Shown piece by piece: positions 28,426 to 38,413 of a DNA stretch of 64,000 nucleotides. This DNA is from an uncultured Pelagibacteraceae bacterium (lineage in GTDB: Bacteria; Pseudomonadota; Alphaproteobacteria; Pelagibacterales; AG-422-B15), in NCBI GenBank assembly GCA_902521655.1, contig CABYSM010000002.1:3575-67574 (forward strand). Reading direction: 5' to 3'. Position 1 is the first letter of the stretch. Each line of letters opens with the position of its first letter. The notes under the pieces are model-generated. The model saw nothing but the letters and a program-made list of their open reading frames with translations, made no database searches and was not told the origin of the DNA. The position numbers and the translations under genes are program-made.

Positions 28426-30630
28426 TTAATGAGATATTTGTTCAATGCTTGTTTCAAAACTGCGTTTCAATACAGAAACTTGTTGATCGCCTATATTTTT
28501 AATACTGATTTTGTCTCCACCAACTATGCCTATTTTTTCAAAATAAACATCATTATTATTAGCTAATTTTTGGCATTCATCATAATTATTGGGACTTACT
28601 TCTAATAAATAGCGAGACTGATCTTCTGCAAAGAAATAGCCATGAGGAAAATCTGTTTCAATTTCTATTGTTATTCCAAGATTTCCTGACATACACATCT
28701 CCGATATAGCTACTAAAATACCTCCTTCTCCAACATCATGTGCTGATGTAATTAATTTTTGTTTTATTGCATCCATTACAAAATTTCCATTTCTTAATTC
28801 AGTATCTAAGTTAATTTCAGGTGTTCCGCCTTCTTCTTTAGATTGGATAATAGATATATACTTTGAAGTGCCTAAGTGATTAGCTGTTTTACCTACCACG
28901 CATAGAAAATTACCATCTTCTTTTAATGAAAGAGTTTTTACATTTGATAAATCTTTGATTAACCCAACACCTCCAATAGCTGGTGTTGGATATATGCCTT
29001 CACCATTAGTTTCGTTATAGAGTGAGACGTTTCCTGAAACGACAGGATAGTTTAATTTTGAGCAAGCATCGCCCATGCCTCGAATACATTCTACAAATTG
29101 TCCCATGATTTCTGGTTTCTCGGGATTACCAAAGTTCATACAATCTGTAATTGCAATTGGAAGGGCGCCAGAAGCTATTATATTTCTCCATGTTTCAACA
29201 ACTGCATGCTTTCCACCTTCATAAGGGTTGTGTTTGCAATATACTGGAGAACAGTCTGTGCTCATGGCTAGTCCTTTATTTGTTCCGTGAACACGTACAA
29301 CTGCCGCATCGGACCCTGGTCTTACCACAGTATCTGCCATGACCATATGATCATATTGTTCCCAGATCCATTTTCGGCTACTAAGATCTGGATGCATAAT
29401 CATGGTATTTAAGTCGTTTAAAATACTATTCTGATCGAAGTCTTCTGGTTTGTATTCCTTAATTGGAGATGGTTCTTCAACAATGTAATCTCTTTGATAT
29501 TCAGGAGCATCTTCAACTAATATATTAATAGGTATGCTGGCTACTTCTTTGCCGCTCTTCATGAGAATAAGTCTTTTTGTATCAGTTACTTTGCCAATCA
29601 CCTCAAATTCGAGATCCCATTTCTTAAAAATATCTCTAGCCATTTCTTCTTTCGATGGATCGAGGACCATAAGCATCCGTTCTTGGCTTTCTGACAACAT
29701 TAATTCATATGCTGACATGTTTTTCGCACGCATTGGCACTTTTGAAAGATCAATTTCTAAACCCACATCACCTTTGGACGCCATTTCAATTGAGGAAGAT
29801 GTTAATCCAGCTGCCCCCATATCTTGAATTGCAATAATTGCTTCTTCTTTCATCAATTCAAGACAAGCTTCCAATAGCAACTTCTCAGTGAATGGATCTC
29901 CAACCTGTACAGTTGGTTTTTTGTCTTCTGAATCTTCATCGAATTCAGCGGATGCCATAGTTGCACCGTGAATACCATCACGTCCAGTCTTTGATCCTAC
30001 ATACACAACGGGGTTTCCAACTCCTGCTGCTGCGGAGTAAAAGATTTTGTCTTTCTTTGCGATCCCAACTGTCATGGCATTTACTAAAATATTACCGTTA
30101 TATGAAGGATGAAAATTGACTTCACCACCAACGGTTGGCACGCCAATACAATTGCCATATCCACCTATACCGCTGACAACGCCTGATAATAAATGTTTTG
30201 TTTTAGGATGGTTGGGCTCTCCAAATCTCAAGGCATTTAAATTAGCTACAGGGCGAGCACCCATTGTGAAGACATCTCGAAGTATGCCACCAACTCCAGT
30301 GGCCGCACCTTGATATGGCTCAAGGAAAGAAGGATGATTATGGCTTTCCATCTTGAAGACGGCGACATCTCCGTCATCGATATCAATGACTCCAGCATTT
30401 TCTCCTGGCCCTTGCACAACGCGTTCACCCGATGTTGGAAGTTTTTTGAGCCAAAATTTTGATGATTTATAAGAACAATGTTCATTCCACATAGCACTAA
30501 AGATACCCAGTTCAGTAAGATTAGGTTCTCTGCCTAAGCCTTCTACTATTTTCTCAAACTCATCAAGTTTGAGACCATGATTTTCAACAAGAGACTGCTC
30601 TGTTTGAAATTGCCAATTGTGGTTTGTCAT
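28426..30630 (-). CDS. purL: phosphoribosylformylglycinamidine synthase subunit PurL
   Basis: [35 protein letters not shown]. Confidence 0.97.
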   Translation of the reverse strand: MTNHNWQFQTEQSLVENHGLKLDEFEKIVEGLGREPNLTELGIFSAMWNEHCSYKSSKFWLKKLPTSGERVVQGPGENAGVIDIDDGDVAVFKMESHNHPSFLEPYQGAATGVGGILRDVFTMGARPVANLNALRFGEPNHPKTKHLLSGVVSGIGGYGNCIGVPTVGGEVNFHPSYNGNILVNAMTVGIAKKDKIFYSAAAGVGNPVVYVGSKTGRDGIHGATMASAEFDEDSEDKKPTVQVGDPFTEKLLLEACLELMKEEAIIAIQDMGAAGLTSSSIEMASKGDVGLEIDLSKVPMRAKNMSAYELMLSESQERMLMVLDPSKEEMARDIFKKWDLEFEVIGKVTDTKRLILMKSGKEVASIPINILVEDAPEYQRDYIVEEPSPIKEYKPEDFDQNSILNDLNTMIMHPDLSSRKWIWEQYDHMVMADTVVRPGSDAAVVRVHGTNKGLAMSTDCSPVYCKHNPYEGGKHAVVETWRNIIASGALPIAITDCMNFGNPEKPEIMGQFVECIRGMGDACSKLNYPVVSGNVSLYNETNGEGIYPTPAIGGVGLIKDLSNVKTLSLKEDGNFLCVVGKTANHLGTSKYISIIQSKEEGGTPEINLDTELRNGNFVMDAIKQKLITSAHDVGEGGILVAISEMCMSGNLGITIEIETDFPHGYFFAEDQSRYLLEVSPNNYDECQKLANNNDVYFEKIGIVGGDKISIKNIGDQQVSVLKRSFETSIEQISH

Positions 30631-31301
30631 TAATTTAAGATACTTTCAAAAATAGTCTTACCGTCTTCACATCCGTGTGCCAATTCAGCGGCTCTTTCTG
30701 GGTGAGGCATCATGCCTAATACATTTTTATTTTCATTAAGAATGCCAGCAATATTCTCAAGTGAACCATTAGGATTTGAATGTTCACTTACATTTCCATT
30801 TTCATCACAATACTGGAAGGCTATTTGGTCGTTGTCTTGAATTTTTTTTAATTGTTCAGAGGTTACAAAAAAATTACCTTCATTATGTGCTATTGGCATT
30901 TTTGCCACTTGAGCATTTTTTGTGAATACTGAACTTTGATTTTTGGGCTTAATTAATATGTCTCTGCATATAAAGCTCAGACTACTATTTCTCATCAACG
31001 CACCATCTAATAATCCACTTTCGATCAGAATTTGGAACCCGTTACAAATTCCCAATACAGGAACACCTTCTTTTGCCTTTTTTACAATATCTTGCATGAT
31101 AGGGGATGTTGATGCCATGGCGCCGCATCTTAAATAATCGCCGTAAGAGAACCCTCCTGGTACAACGATCAGATCAGATTGATTAATTGACGTTTCTTTG
31201 TGCCAAACCATTTGCGGTTGATGACTAGAAATATTTTTAATTGCTACCGCTACATCACGATCACAATTTGATCCTGGAAAAACGATAACATGTGACTTCA
31301 T
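30630..31301 (-). CDS. purQ: FGAM synthase glutaminase subunit
   Basis: [32 protein letters not shown]. Confidence 0.97.
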   Translation of the reverse strand: MKSHVIVFPGSNCDRDVAVAIKNISSHQPQMVWHKETSINQSDLIVVPGGFSYGDYLRCGAMASTSPIMQDIVKKAKEGVPVLGICNGFQILIESGLLDGALMRNSSLSFICRDILIKPKNQSSVFTKNAQVAKMPIAHNEGNFFVTSEQLKKIQDNDQIAFQYCDENGNVSEHSNPNGSLENIAGILNENKNVLGMMPHPERAAELAHGCEDGKTIFESILN

Positions 31302-31305
31302 TAAT

Positions 31306-31545
31306 TTAATCTATCTCTACTTTATAATCTTCAATAACCAAGTTTGCCAAAAGCTTCTCGCACATTTCATTAATTTGTTTATTGGCTGTCTCTTTATTTT
31401 CGCTATCTAGTTTAATCTCAATAAATTTACCCTGCCTGACATCCGCTATGTTATTGAAACCTAATGACTTGAGGGAATTGGCAATAACTGAGCCTTGGGG
31501 GTCGAGAACGTCTTTTTTAAGTGTGATATAGATTTTGGCTAGCAT
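31306..31545 (-). CDS. purS: FGAM synthase subunit PurS
   Basis: VLDPQG, VRQGK, LLANLVIEDY. Confidence 0.96.
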   Translation of the reverse strand: MLAKIYITLKKDVLDPQGSVIANSLKSLGFNNIADVRQGKFIEIKLDSENKETANKQINEMCEKLLANLVIEDYKVEID

Positions 31546-31552
31546 TTAACCT

Positions 31553-32272
31553 TTAATGCACGATTCCTAATCGTGAGGCAACCTCTTCATAGGCACCCAT
31601 GAGGCTACCCAGGTTTCTTCTGAAAACGTCTTTATCTAGTTTCTGTTTTGATTTTATATCCCATAATCTGCATGAGTCAGGACTAATCTCATCTGCGAGT
31701 ACAATTTTTTTTGGATTTGAGGCTAGCCTCCCAAATTCAATTTTAAAATCTACCAGAATGATATTTTTCTTTTTAAATAAATTAGTGAGTAAAGAATTAA
31801 TTTTAAGAGACATGGCATCTATTTTTTTTAACTCTGATCTATTAGCCCAGCCAAATGTTTCTACATGATCTCTAGAAATCATTGGATCATCTAAACTGTC
31901 TTCTTTGTAATAATACTCTAATAATGGTTTTTTTAACCTGGTTCCTTCTTTTAGTCCTAATTTTTTAGCAATAGAACCAGCAACAATATTTCGAACAACA
32001 AATTCTATAGGAATGATCTGACATTTTTTTATCAATTGTTCTCGATCATTTAATCTTTTTTCAAAATGAGTTGGAATCTTTTTACTTTTAAGGAATTCCA
32101 TAATGTGCTCAGAAATTTTATTATTGATGACTCCTTTGCCTTTAAATATCTTATGCTTTTTTTTATTATAGGCAGTTGCATCGTCTTTAAAAATCTGAAT
32201 AAGTGTGTTTTTTTTTGGGCCTTTAATTAATTTTTTGGCCTTACCTTCATATAAAGTCTTCGATGATGTCAT
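31553..32272 (-). CDS. purC: SAICAR synthase
   Basis: LYEGKAK, FKDDATA, VVRN..AGS, LVDFKIEFG, DEISPDSCRLWD. Confidence 0.96.
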   Translation of the reverse strand: MTSSKTLYEGKAKKLIKGPKKNTLIQIFKDDATAYNKKKHKIFKGKGVINNKISEHIMEFLKSKKIPTHFEKRLNDREQLIKKCQIIPIEFVVRNIVAGSIAKKLGLKEGTRLKKPLLEYYYKEDSLDDPMISRDHVETFGWANRSELKKIDAMSLKINSLLTNLFKKKNIILVDFKIEFGRLASNPKKIVLADEISPDSCRLWDIKSKQKLDKDVFRRNLGSLMGAYEEVASRLGIVH

Positions 32273-32345
32273 TGCAGGTAGTGTAAAAATTTGTTATGAT
32301 AGAAATGTAATTCAAATTAATTCTAATTAAAAGTATAAAGAAACA

Positions 32346-32675
32346 ATGAAAAAACTAGATGAACGAAAAAAAGGTTTTGAGGGTAAATTTGCTCGAGATC
32401 AAGAGTTAGAATTTAAGATTTTGGCTCGGCGAAATAAGTATCTTGGTGTCTGGGCTGCAGAAAAACTTCGTTTATCGGGACCAGCAGTTGAAGAATATTT
32501 TGCAGAAGTAATCAAATCTGATCTTGAAGAGGATGGAGATATGGATGTTTTCAGAAAAGTTAGAAAAGATTTTGATGAAAAAGGAATATCCATAACTGAT
32601 GATGAACTTAGACAGAGTATGGACCAATTTTTACTTCAGGCAAAAGAAGAGATTATTGGTAAAGATAATATCTAA
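32346..32675 (+). CDS. DUF1476 / F1Fo-ATPase inhibitor subunit zeta
   Basis: DERKKGFEGKFARDQELEFK..ARRNKYLG.WAA matches the alphaproteobacterial zeta subunit; usual location divergent from purC. Confidence 0.85.
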   Translation: MKKLDERKKGFEGKFARDQELEFKILARRNKYLGVWAAEKLRLSGPAVEEYFAEVIKSDLEEDGDMDVFRKVRKDFDEKGISITDDELRQSMDQFLLQAKEEIIGKDNI

Positions 32676-32689
32676 TTATTACACTCCAC

Positions 32690-32935
32690 ATGTACATTAA
32701 ATATGCAACCACAAAAAAGTCTTCAAAAAAGAAAGTGGTAAAAAAGAGAACAGCCTCAAAAATTACAAAGAAAAAAAAACCTGTAACGAAAAAAAAGAAG
32801 CGTACCTCTAAACCCAAGCCTAAAAAGAATAATAGTAATGTAATTCGGGATGCTAGTTTAAATCAGCATTATTATGTAGGCGGTTATATTCTTATATTTG
32901 GAGTGTTTGCACTAGCTATTTATTATTCGCAATAA
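32690..32935 (+). CDS. small Lys-rich protein with C-terminal membrane anchor
   Basis: Very basic N-terminal half followed by hydrophobic YYVGGYILIFGVFALAIYY; fills the gap to the purB stop; start codon uncertain. Confidence 0.6.
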   Translation: MYIKYATTKKSSKKKVVKKRTASKITKKKKPVTKKKKRTSKPKPKKNNSNVIRDASLNQHYYVGGYILIFGVFALAIYYSQ

Positions 32936-32936
32936 A

Positions 32937-34229
32937 TTATTTAAATACTTTTTTAAAAATATAATCTGTTCTTCTTGTTGCGTGTTTAAGGTCTAATATT
33001 TTAGATATTTCTTTTTTATTTAAATATTTTTTTAATTCATTATCTGTATCCAGTACGGTTTCAAAATCTAGATCAGATTTCCATACTTTCATGGCGTTAC
33101 GCTGTACAATTTTATAGGCTTTCTCTCGAGATAATCCTTTTTGAGTCATCGCGAGCATAAGCCCCTCTGACATGGGTAGTTTTCTAAGTTTATCTAAATT
33201 ATTTTTCATATTTTTAGGATAAACAATAAGGTTTGCGATTACATTATTCAAACGTGCTAGTGCAAAATCAATGATGATGTTGGCATCAGGAGCCATTATT
33301 CTTTCTACACTTGAGTGCGAGATATCTCTTTCATGCCATAAAGAAACATTTTCTAAAGCGGGTATTGTGTAGCCACGAATTAACCTTGAAAGGCCAGTTA
33401 AGTTTTCAGTTAGTACAGGATTTCTTTTATGTGGCATGGCCGAAGAACCTTTTTGTCCTTTTGAAAAAAATTCTTCAACTTCAAGAACTTCTGTTCTTTG
33501 TAAATGTCTTATTTCTGTAGCAAGGCGCTCAATTGAGCTGGCAATAATTCCAAGAGTACTAAAATAAACAGCATGTCTGTCACGTGGGATAACTTGAGTA
33601 GATATAGTTTCAGCTTTCATACCTAATTTTTTTGCAACAAACTGTTCAACGCGAGGATCTATGTTGGCATAATTGCCTACAGCACCTGAAATTGCACACA
33701 CCGATATTTCTTCTGTTGCCTTTTTAAAACGCGCGTGATTTCGCTCAAATTCTGCATAGAAGTTTGCCATTTTTACACCAAAGGTTGTTGGTTCTGCATG
33801 AATACCATGGCTTCTTCCGATACAAGGCGTATTTTTATATTTAAGAGCTATTTTTTTGAGTGATTTAAGAAGCTGAGCCATTTCTTTTTCAATAATTTTA
33901 GATGACTGCATGAGTTGTATATTGAATGCTGTATCTAAAATATCTGATGAGGTTAAGCCTTGATGAAGAAAACGCGCAGGTGGTCCAGCGTATTCTGATA
34001 TAGATGTAAGAAATGCTATCACATCATGTTTGACTTTCTTTTCAATAATATCAATTCTCTTCTCATTTATTTTAGCTTTTGACTTAACTTTTTTACTTGT
34101 ACCCTTTGGAACAGTTCCCAATTTTTCCATAGCTTCGCAAGCATACAGTTCAATATCGAGCCAAATTTTAAATCTTGATTTAGAACTCCAGATATCAGTC
34201 ATGGGAGCTCTTGAATATCGAGGGATCAT
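32937..34229 (-). CDS. purB: adenylosuccinate lyase
   Basis: MIPRYSR, HDVIAF, GRSHGIHAEP, GSSAMPHKRNP, HERDISHSS. Confidence 0.97.
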   Translation of the reverse strand: MIPRYSRAPMTDIWSSKSRFKIWLDIELYACEAMEKLGTVPKGTSKKVKSKAKINEKRIDIIEKKVKHDVIAFLTSISEYAGPPARFLHQGLTSSDILDTAFNIQLMQSSKIIEKEMAQLLKSLKKIALKYKNTPCIGRSHGIHAEPTTFGVKMANFYAEFERNHARFKKATEEISVCAISGAVGNYANIDPRVEQFVAKKLGMKAETISTQVIPRDRHAVYFSTLGIIASSIERLATEIRHLQRTEVLEVEEFFSKGQKGSSAMPHKRNPVLTENLTGLSRLIRGYTIPALENVSLWHERDISHSSVERIMAPDANIIIDFALARLNNVIANLIVYPKNMKNNLDKLRKLPMSEGLMLAMTQKGLSREKAYKIVQRNAMKVWKSDLDFETVLDTDNELKKYLNKKEISKILDLKHATRRTDYIFKKVFK

Positions 34230-34253
34230 ATAAATACTTTTTTAATCTTTAAT

Positions 34254-35024
34254 TTATGGTTTATCAAGCCCTGCGGGAGATTTAGTAAAAATTTCAAATC
34301 CCTCTTTGGTTATGCCAATACTATGCTCAAATTGAGCAGATAAACTCTTATCTTTAGTTACAGCTGTCCATCCATCCTTCAGCATTCTTACATCATAATT
34401 GCCAACATTAATCATGGGTTCCACAGTAAAGAACATGCCTTCTTCAATTTGATCGCCAGTATTTTCTTTGCCGTAGTGCAATATATTTGGAAATTCATGA
34501 AAGACTTTACCGAGTCCATGCCCACAAAAATCTCTCACGACACTATAATTCTGTTTTTCAGCATAACTCTGTATTGCATAACCAATATCACCAAGACGGG
34601 ATTTTGGGCTTGCTGCTTTAATCCCTTCATGCATTGACTCAAAAGTGCAATCAATTAATTTCTGTGCTTTCGCATTTATTTTACCTACCGGAAACATCCG
34701 ACTGGTATCTCCATGCCAGCCATCAACGATAACAGTTACATCTATGTTAACGATATCTCCTTCTTCTAATATTCTAGAAGATGGAATTCCATGACAAATG
34801 ACATGGTTAATTGATGTACAAATAGACTTTGGAAAGCCCTTATAAAATAAGGGAGCAATCAAGCCACCATTTTTTGTAATGAACTCGAAAGCGAAGTAAT
34901 CAAGTTCGTCTGTCGACACTCCAGGCTTTACATGATCGACTAAAAGATCAAGAGTGGATGCGGCTAAATTGCCAGCTTTTCGCATGCCTTCAAAATCTTT
35001 ATTATTATGCAATGTATTATTCAT
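34254..35024 (-). CDS. map: methionine aminopeptidase type I
   Basis: CTSINHVICHGIP, NIDVT, HGDTSR, GHGLG..FHE, EPMIN, SAQFEH. Confidence 0.97.
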   Translation of the reverse strand: MNNTLHNNKDFEGMRKAGNLAASTLDLLVDHVKPGVSTDELDYFAFEFITKNGGLIAPLFYKGFPKSICTSINHVICHGIPSSRILEEGDIVNIDVTVIVDGWHGDTSRMFPVGKINAKAQKLIDCTFESMHEGIKAASPKSRLGDIGYAIQSYAEKQNYSVVRDFCGHGLGKVFHEFPNILHYGKENTGDQIEEGMFFTVEPMINVGNYDVRMLKDGWTAVTKDKSLSAQFEHSIGITKEGFEIFTKSPAGLDKP

Positions 35025-35724
35025 TAATGAGTTTTATTTTTTTATTTACACGAATTTTGTCACTTTCAAAAGAACAGTTATAACATATTATTTCTACTCC
35101 TTTTTCTATGACTTTTTTAAAGTTGTCATAGTATGCCTGATCAATATCACGCGCGATTTGAAATTTTTTGCAATCATCCCTTTGAATGAGAAATAACATT
35201 ACAGCTCTTGTATTGTTATTGGGTAGTTTTGAAAGTTCGATCAAATGCTTTGAACCTCTTTCTGTAACCGCATCTGGAAATTCAGCAGTTTCTTTTTTTC
35301 TTGATAAAGTTACATTTTTTACCTCTACATAAGTTTGTTTTTTGTCATCACTTAATAGAAAATCAATGCGAGAATTAGTTCCGTATTTAACTTCTCTTTT
35401 ATATGAATCGTATTTACCTAATTCAGGAATGAGATGCATTTCGATTGCATCTTCCACAATTCTGTTGGCTTTGTGCGTATTGACACCAACGTTTGCATTG
35501 CCAGATTTTATAATTTCAAGAGTATATTTTAACTTACGTTTTGGATCATCTGCTTTTGTAACAAAAACAGGATTGCCTTCTTCTAGGAGACCTTGCATGG
35601 AACCTGTGTTGGGACAATGTGCAGTTATGGTCTCTTTGTTATTATCAAGTTGAATATCTGCAAAAAATCTCTTATACCTTTTAATCAATCTCCCTGAGAT
35701 ATATTGATTAGCAATTTTTGACAT
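35017..35724 (-). CDS. sfsA: DNA/RNA nuclease SfsA
   Basis: RYKRFFAD, AHCPNTGSM, SRIDF, EVKNVTL, FPDAVTERG.KHL.EL. Confidence 0.93.
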   Translation of the reverse strand: MSKIANQYISGRLIKRYKRFFADIQLDNNKETITAHCPNTGSMQGLLEEGNPVFVTKADDPKRKLKYTLEIIKSGNANVGVNTHKANRIVEDAIEMHLIPELGKYDSYKREVKYGTNSRIDFLLSDDKKQTYVEVKNVTLSRKKETAEFPDAVTERGSKHLIELSKLPNNNTRAVMLFLIQRDDCKKFQIARDIDQAYYDNFKKVIEKGVEIICYNCSFESDKIRVNKKIKLINE

Positions 35725-35730
35725 GGTTTT

Positions 35731-36453
35731 ATGAAAGCATCACTTATAATTATTGGTAACGAAATTTTATCCGGTCGTACGCAAGATAAGAATCTATCAT
35801 ATCTCGCAAATTGGCTGAATGAAATAGGAATTCAACTAGCAGAAGTTAGGGTAATTAGAGATGAGGAAGAAATAGTTGTAGAGACGGTTAACTACCTTAG
35901 ATCAACTTATGATTATGTTTTTACGACAGGTGGCATTGGGCCTACGCACGACGATATTACTTCTTTGTGCATCGCCAAAGCTTTCGGAGTTGAACTAGAG
36001 ATCAATTCAGGAGCATTAGGTATTTTAAAGGAGTACTATAAAGATGGCGAATTGACTGATGCAAGAATGAAAATGACTAAAATGCCAGTAGGCTCTGAAC
36101 TTATTGAGAATCCAGTGAGTAGAGCGCCTGGTTTTAAAATGGACAATGTATTTGTATTAGCTGGGATCCCTAGCATCATGCAAGGCATGTTAGAAGGGGC
36201 GAGAAAACACCTAACTGTTGGTGAAGTGGTTAAGTCTAAATCAATTGATGTTTTTACACCTGAAAGCAACGTTGCTGACGCCTTAACTGATCTGCAAGAA
36301 AAATATTTTGAAGTTGAAATAGGAAGCTACCCTTTTAATAAGGACAATCGCTTTGGAACTTCTGTAGTTATGCGTTCTTCCGATGAGGAAAAACTTAAAA
36401 ATTGTGAGTCAGATTTAAAGGAATTAATGAAAAATTATGATACAAAGTATTAA
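35731..36453 (+). CDS. CinA-like molybdopterin-binding domain protein
   Basis: IIGNEILSGRTQD.N, TTGGIGPTHDDIT, AGIP, IGSYP. Confidence 0.88.
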   Translation: MKASLIIIGNEILSGRTQDKNLSYLANWLNEIGIQLAEVRVIRDEEEIVVETVNYLRSTYDYVFTTGGIGPTHDDITSLCIAKAFGVELEINSGALGILKEYYKDGELTDARMKMTKMPVGSELIENPVSRAPGFKMDNVFVLAGIPSIMQGMLEGARKHLTVGEVVKSKSIDVFTPESNVADALTDLQEKYFEVEIGSYPFNKDNRFGTSVVMRSSDEEKLKNCESDLKELMKNYDTKY

Positions 36454-36577
36454 TAATTTTTATCCACAATCAACTAAAATACTGATTTAATTATATATTA
36501 TTAGTTTTTTCTACTTTACTTAACCCGGTTTCTCAATAATAATTGCCTAATTTTATAAAATTAAGGGGAATATAATA

Positions 36578-37270
36578 ATGAAAGTATTAATGCTAAATCC
36601 CGGAGATCACGTAGCCATATCATTTTGGTTAATCTCTATGGCCATGGTTGCAGCTACAGCTTTCTTCTTTCTTGAAAGAGACAGAGTAGCAGCTAGATGG
36701 AAGACGTCCCTCACAGTAGCTGGTTTGGTTACTGGTGTTGCGGCGTGGCACTATTTCTACATGAGAGGCGTATGGGTCGCTACTGGTGACTCTCCAACAG
36801 TCCTTCGATACATTGACTGGTTGATCACTGTGCCTCTACAAATTGTAGAGTTCTATGTAATTCTTGCGGCAATGACTGCTGTTGCTTCAGGCTTATTCTG
36901 GAGACTGTTAATCGCATCTATCGTGATGTTGGTTGGTGGTTATCTAGGTGAAGTTGGAGCGATGAATGTAACACTAGCCTTCGTTATAGGAATGGCTGGA
37001 TGGTTATACATCATCTATGAGATTTTTGCAGGAGAAGCAAGCAAGGCAAGTGCTGGTAGTGGAAACGCTGCTGGTCAAGCTGCGTTTAACGCGTTGAGAT
37101 TGATCGTTACAGTAGGATGGGCGATTTATCCAATAGGTTATGCAGTAGGTTACTTTGGTGGCGGCGTAGATGCTGGTTCACTGAACTTAATCTATAACCT
37201 TGCTGACTTTGTTAACAAAATTGCATTTGGTATGGCTATTTATGTAGCTGCAGTATCAGACAGCAATTAA
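36578..37270 (+). CDS. proteorhodopsin, DTE proton pump with Gln at the spectral tuning site (blue-absorbing)
   Basis: 7 TM; RYIDWLITVPLQIVEF (D, T, Q105-equivalent, E); HY in helix B; DFVNK retinal lysine; aagggga RBS. Confidence 0.96.
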   Translation: MKVLMLNPGDHVAISFWLISMAMVAATAFFFLERDRVAARWKTSLTVAGLVTGVAAWHYFYMRGVWVATGDSPTVLRYIDWLITVPLQIVEFYVILAAMTAVASGLFWRLLIASIVMLVGGYLGEVGAMNVTLAFVIGMAGWLYIIYEIFAGEASKASAGSGNAAGQAAFNALRLIVTVGWAIYPIGYAVGYFGGGVDAGSLNLIYNLADFVNKIAFGMAIYVAAVSDSN

Positions 37271-37290
37271 GTTTCTGCAAAGCAGATAAT

Positions 37291-37319
37291 AAAAGGGGCC
37301 TTCGGGCCCCTTTTTTTTT
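37291..37319 (+). terminator. intrinsic terminator after proteorhodopsin
   Basis: aaaaggggcc-TTCG-ggcccc followed by a 9-T run. Confidence 0.9.
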
Positions 37320-37378
37320 ATACAAAATATTAAAGAACTAGTAGTTCATTAAATAAATAGTTATAAAATAAAAGAATT

Positions 37379-37466
37379 GGCCTCATGGCGGAATTGGTAG
37401 ACGCAAAGGACTTAAAATCCTTTGGGATTTATTCCCGTCCCGGTTCGAGTCCGGGTGAGGCCACCA
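37379..37466 (+). tRNA. tRNA-Leu(TAA)
   Basis: GGCCTCA/TGAGGCC acceptor, aaagga-ctTAAaa-tccttt anticodon arm, long variable arm, GTTCGAG, encoded CCA. Confidence 0.96.
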
Positions 37467-37522
37467 AATAATCAAATAATATTTATAAGTGAAATTTTTG
37501 CATAATTTGATATACATAAGCC

Positions 37523-38410
37523 ATGAGAAATTTTAAGGCTTATATTTACTCAATCTTTGCTATTTTTTTGTTAATTGGGATTTCAAATGCCTCTAATTTG
37601 GAAAATAGAGTTACTTCATATTTTAATGGCTTAGCTAATAGTTTAGGCACAAGTGTTTCATCATTATTGAGTGAAAATAGTAGGGTGAAGTACCTCGATT
37701 TAAACGTAGGTGTGCAAGAGCATTTAAAGCCAACTATATCTCTTACGAATGTAAATATGATATCAGAGTACGGCAATAGCGCTATTTTTAATCAAAACTC
37801 TCTTAATCTACATAATAATGATCAAACAATTAATCTAGGCATAGGACACAGAACTCTTCTAAACGACGATAAAGTTATATTTGGATTAAATATATTTTTT
37901 GATTATGCATTTGATGACTCACATCAGAGAAATGGAGCGGGCCTTGAGGTTATAAGTAGTGTTTTTGATTTGAGATCTAATATTTATGACGCCACATCTG
38001 GCATCGAAACAGTTTCGACAGGTAAAGATGAAGAGGCGATGGACGGATGGGACGCACGTCTTGATTATCATTTGCCAATTAAAGCAAATGCAAGACTATT
38101 TGTAGGATTATTTGAATTTGAAAATGCCGCAGGTTCATTTGAAGTTGAAGGTGAAAAATATGGTCTAAATCTAATTAGTAATAATCTTGATTTAGAAGTT
38201 GGATATATCGATGACAACAAAACAGGTGATGGTTCATTTGCAAATCTAAGTTATGTGATACCTCTTGGTAGTAATGGTTCTTTTTCCAATAACTCTTCTA
38301 ATTATTTTGAGTACGTATCTGTCGCTGATAGGATGTATGAACCTGTTAAAAGAGAAAATAAGATAAAAGTTGTAACAACAACATTAAATGTTAAGGCAAG
38401 TGGATTCTAG
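37523..38410 (+). CDS. inverse autotransporter (intimin/invasin-type) beta-barrel domain protein lacking a passenger
   Basis: Signal peptide; TINLGIGHR, FGLNIFFDY, HQRNGAGLE, DLRSNIY, EEAMDGWD and the ..MYEPVKRENKI linker motif; ends ~13 aa after the linker. Confidence 0.78.
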   Translation: MRNFKAYIYSIFAIFLLIGISNASNLENRVTSYFNGLANSLGTSVSSLLSENSRVKYLDLNVGVQEHLKPTISLTNVNMISEYGNSAIFNQNSLNLHNNDQTINLGIGHRTLLNDDKVIFGLNIFFDYAFDDSHQRNGAGLEVISSVFDLRSNIYDATSGIETVSTGKDEEAMDGWDARLDYHLPIKANARLFVGLFEFENAAGSFEVEGEKYGLNLISNNLDLEVGYIDDNKTGDGSFANLSYVIPLGSNGSFSNNSSNYFEYVSVADRMYEPVKRENKIKVVTTTLNVKASGF

Positions 38411-38413
38411 ATT

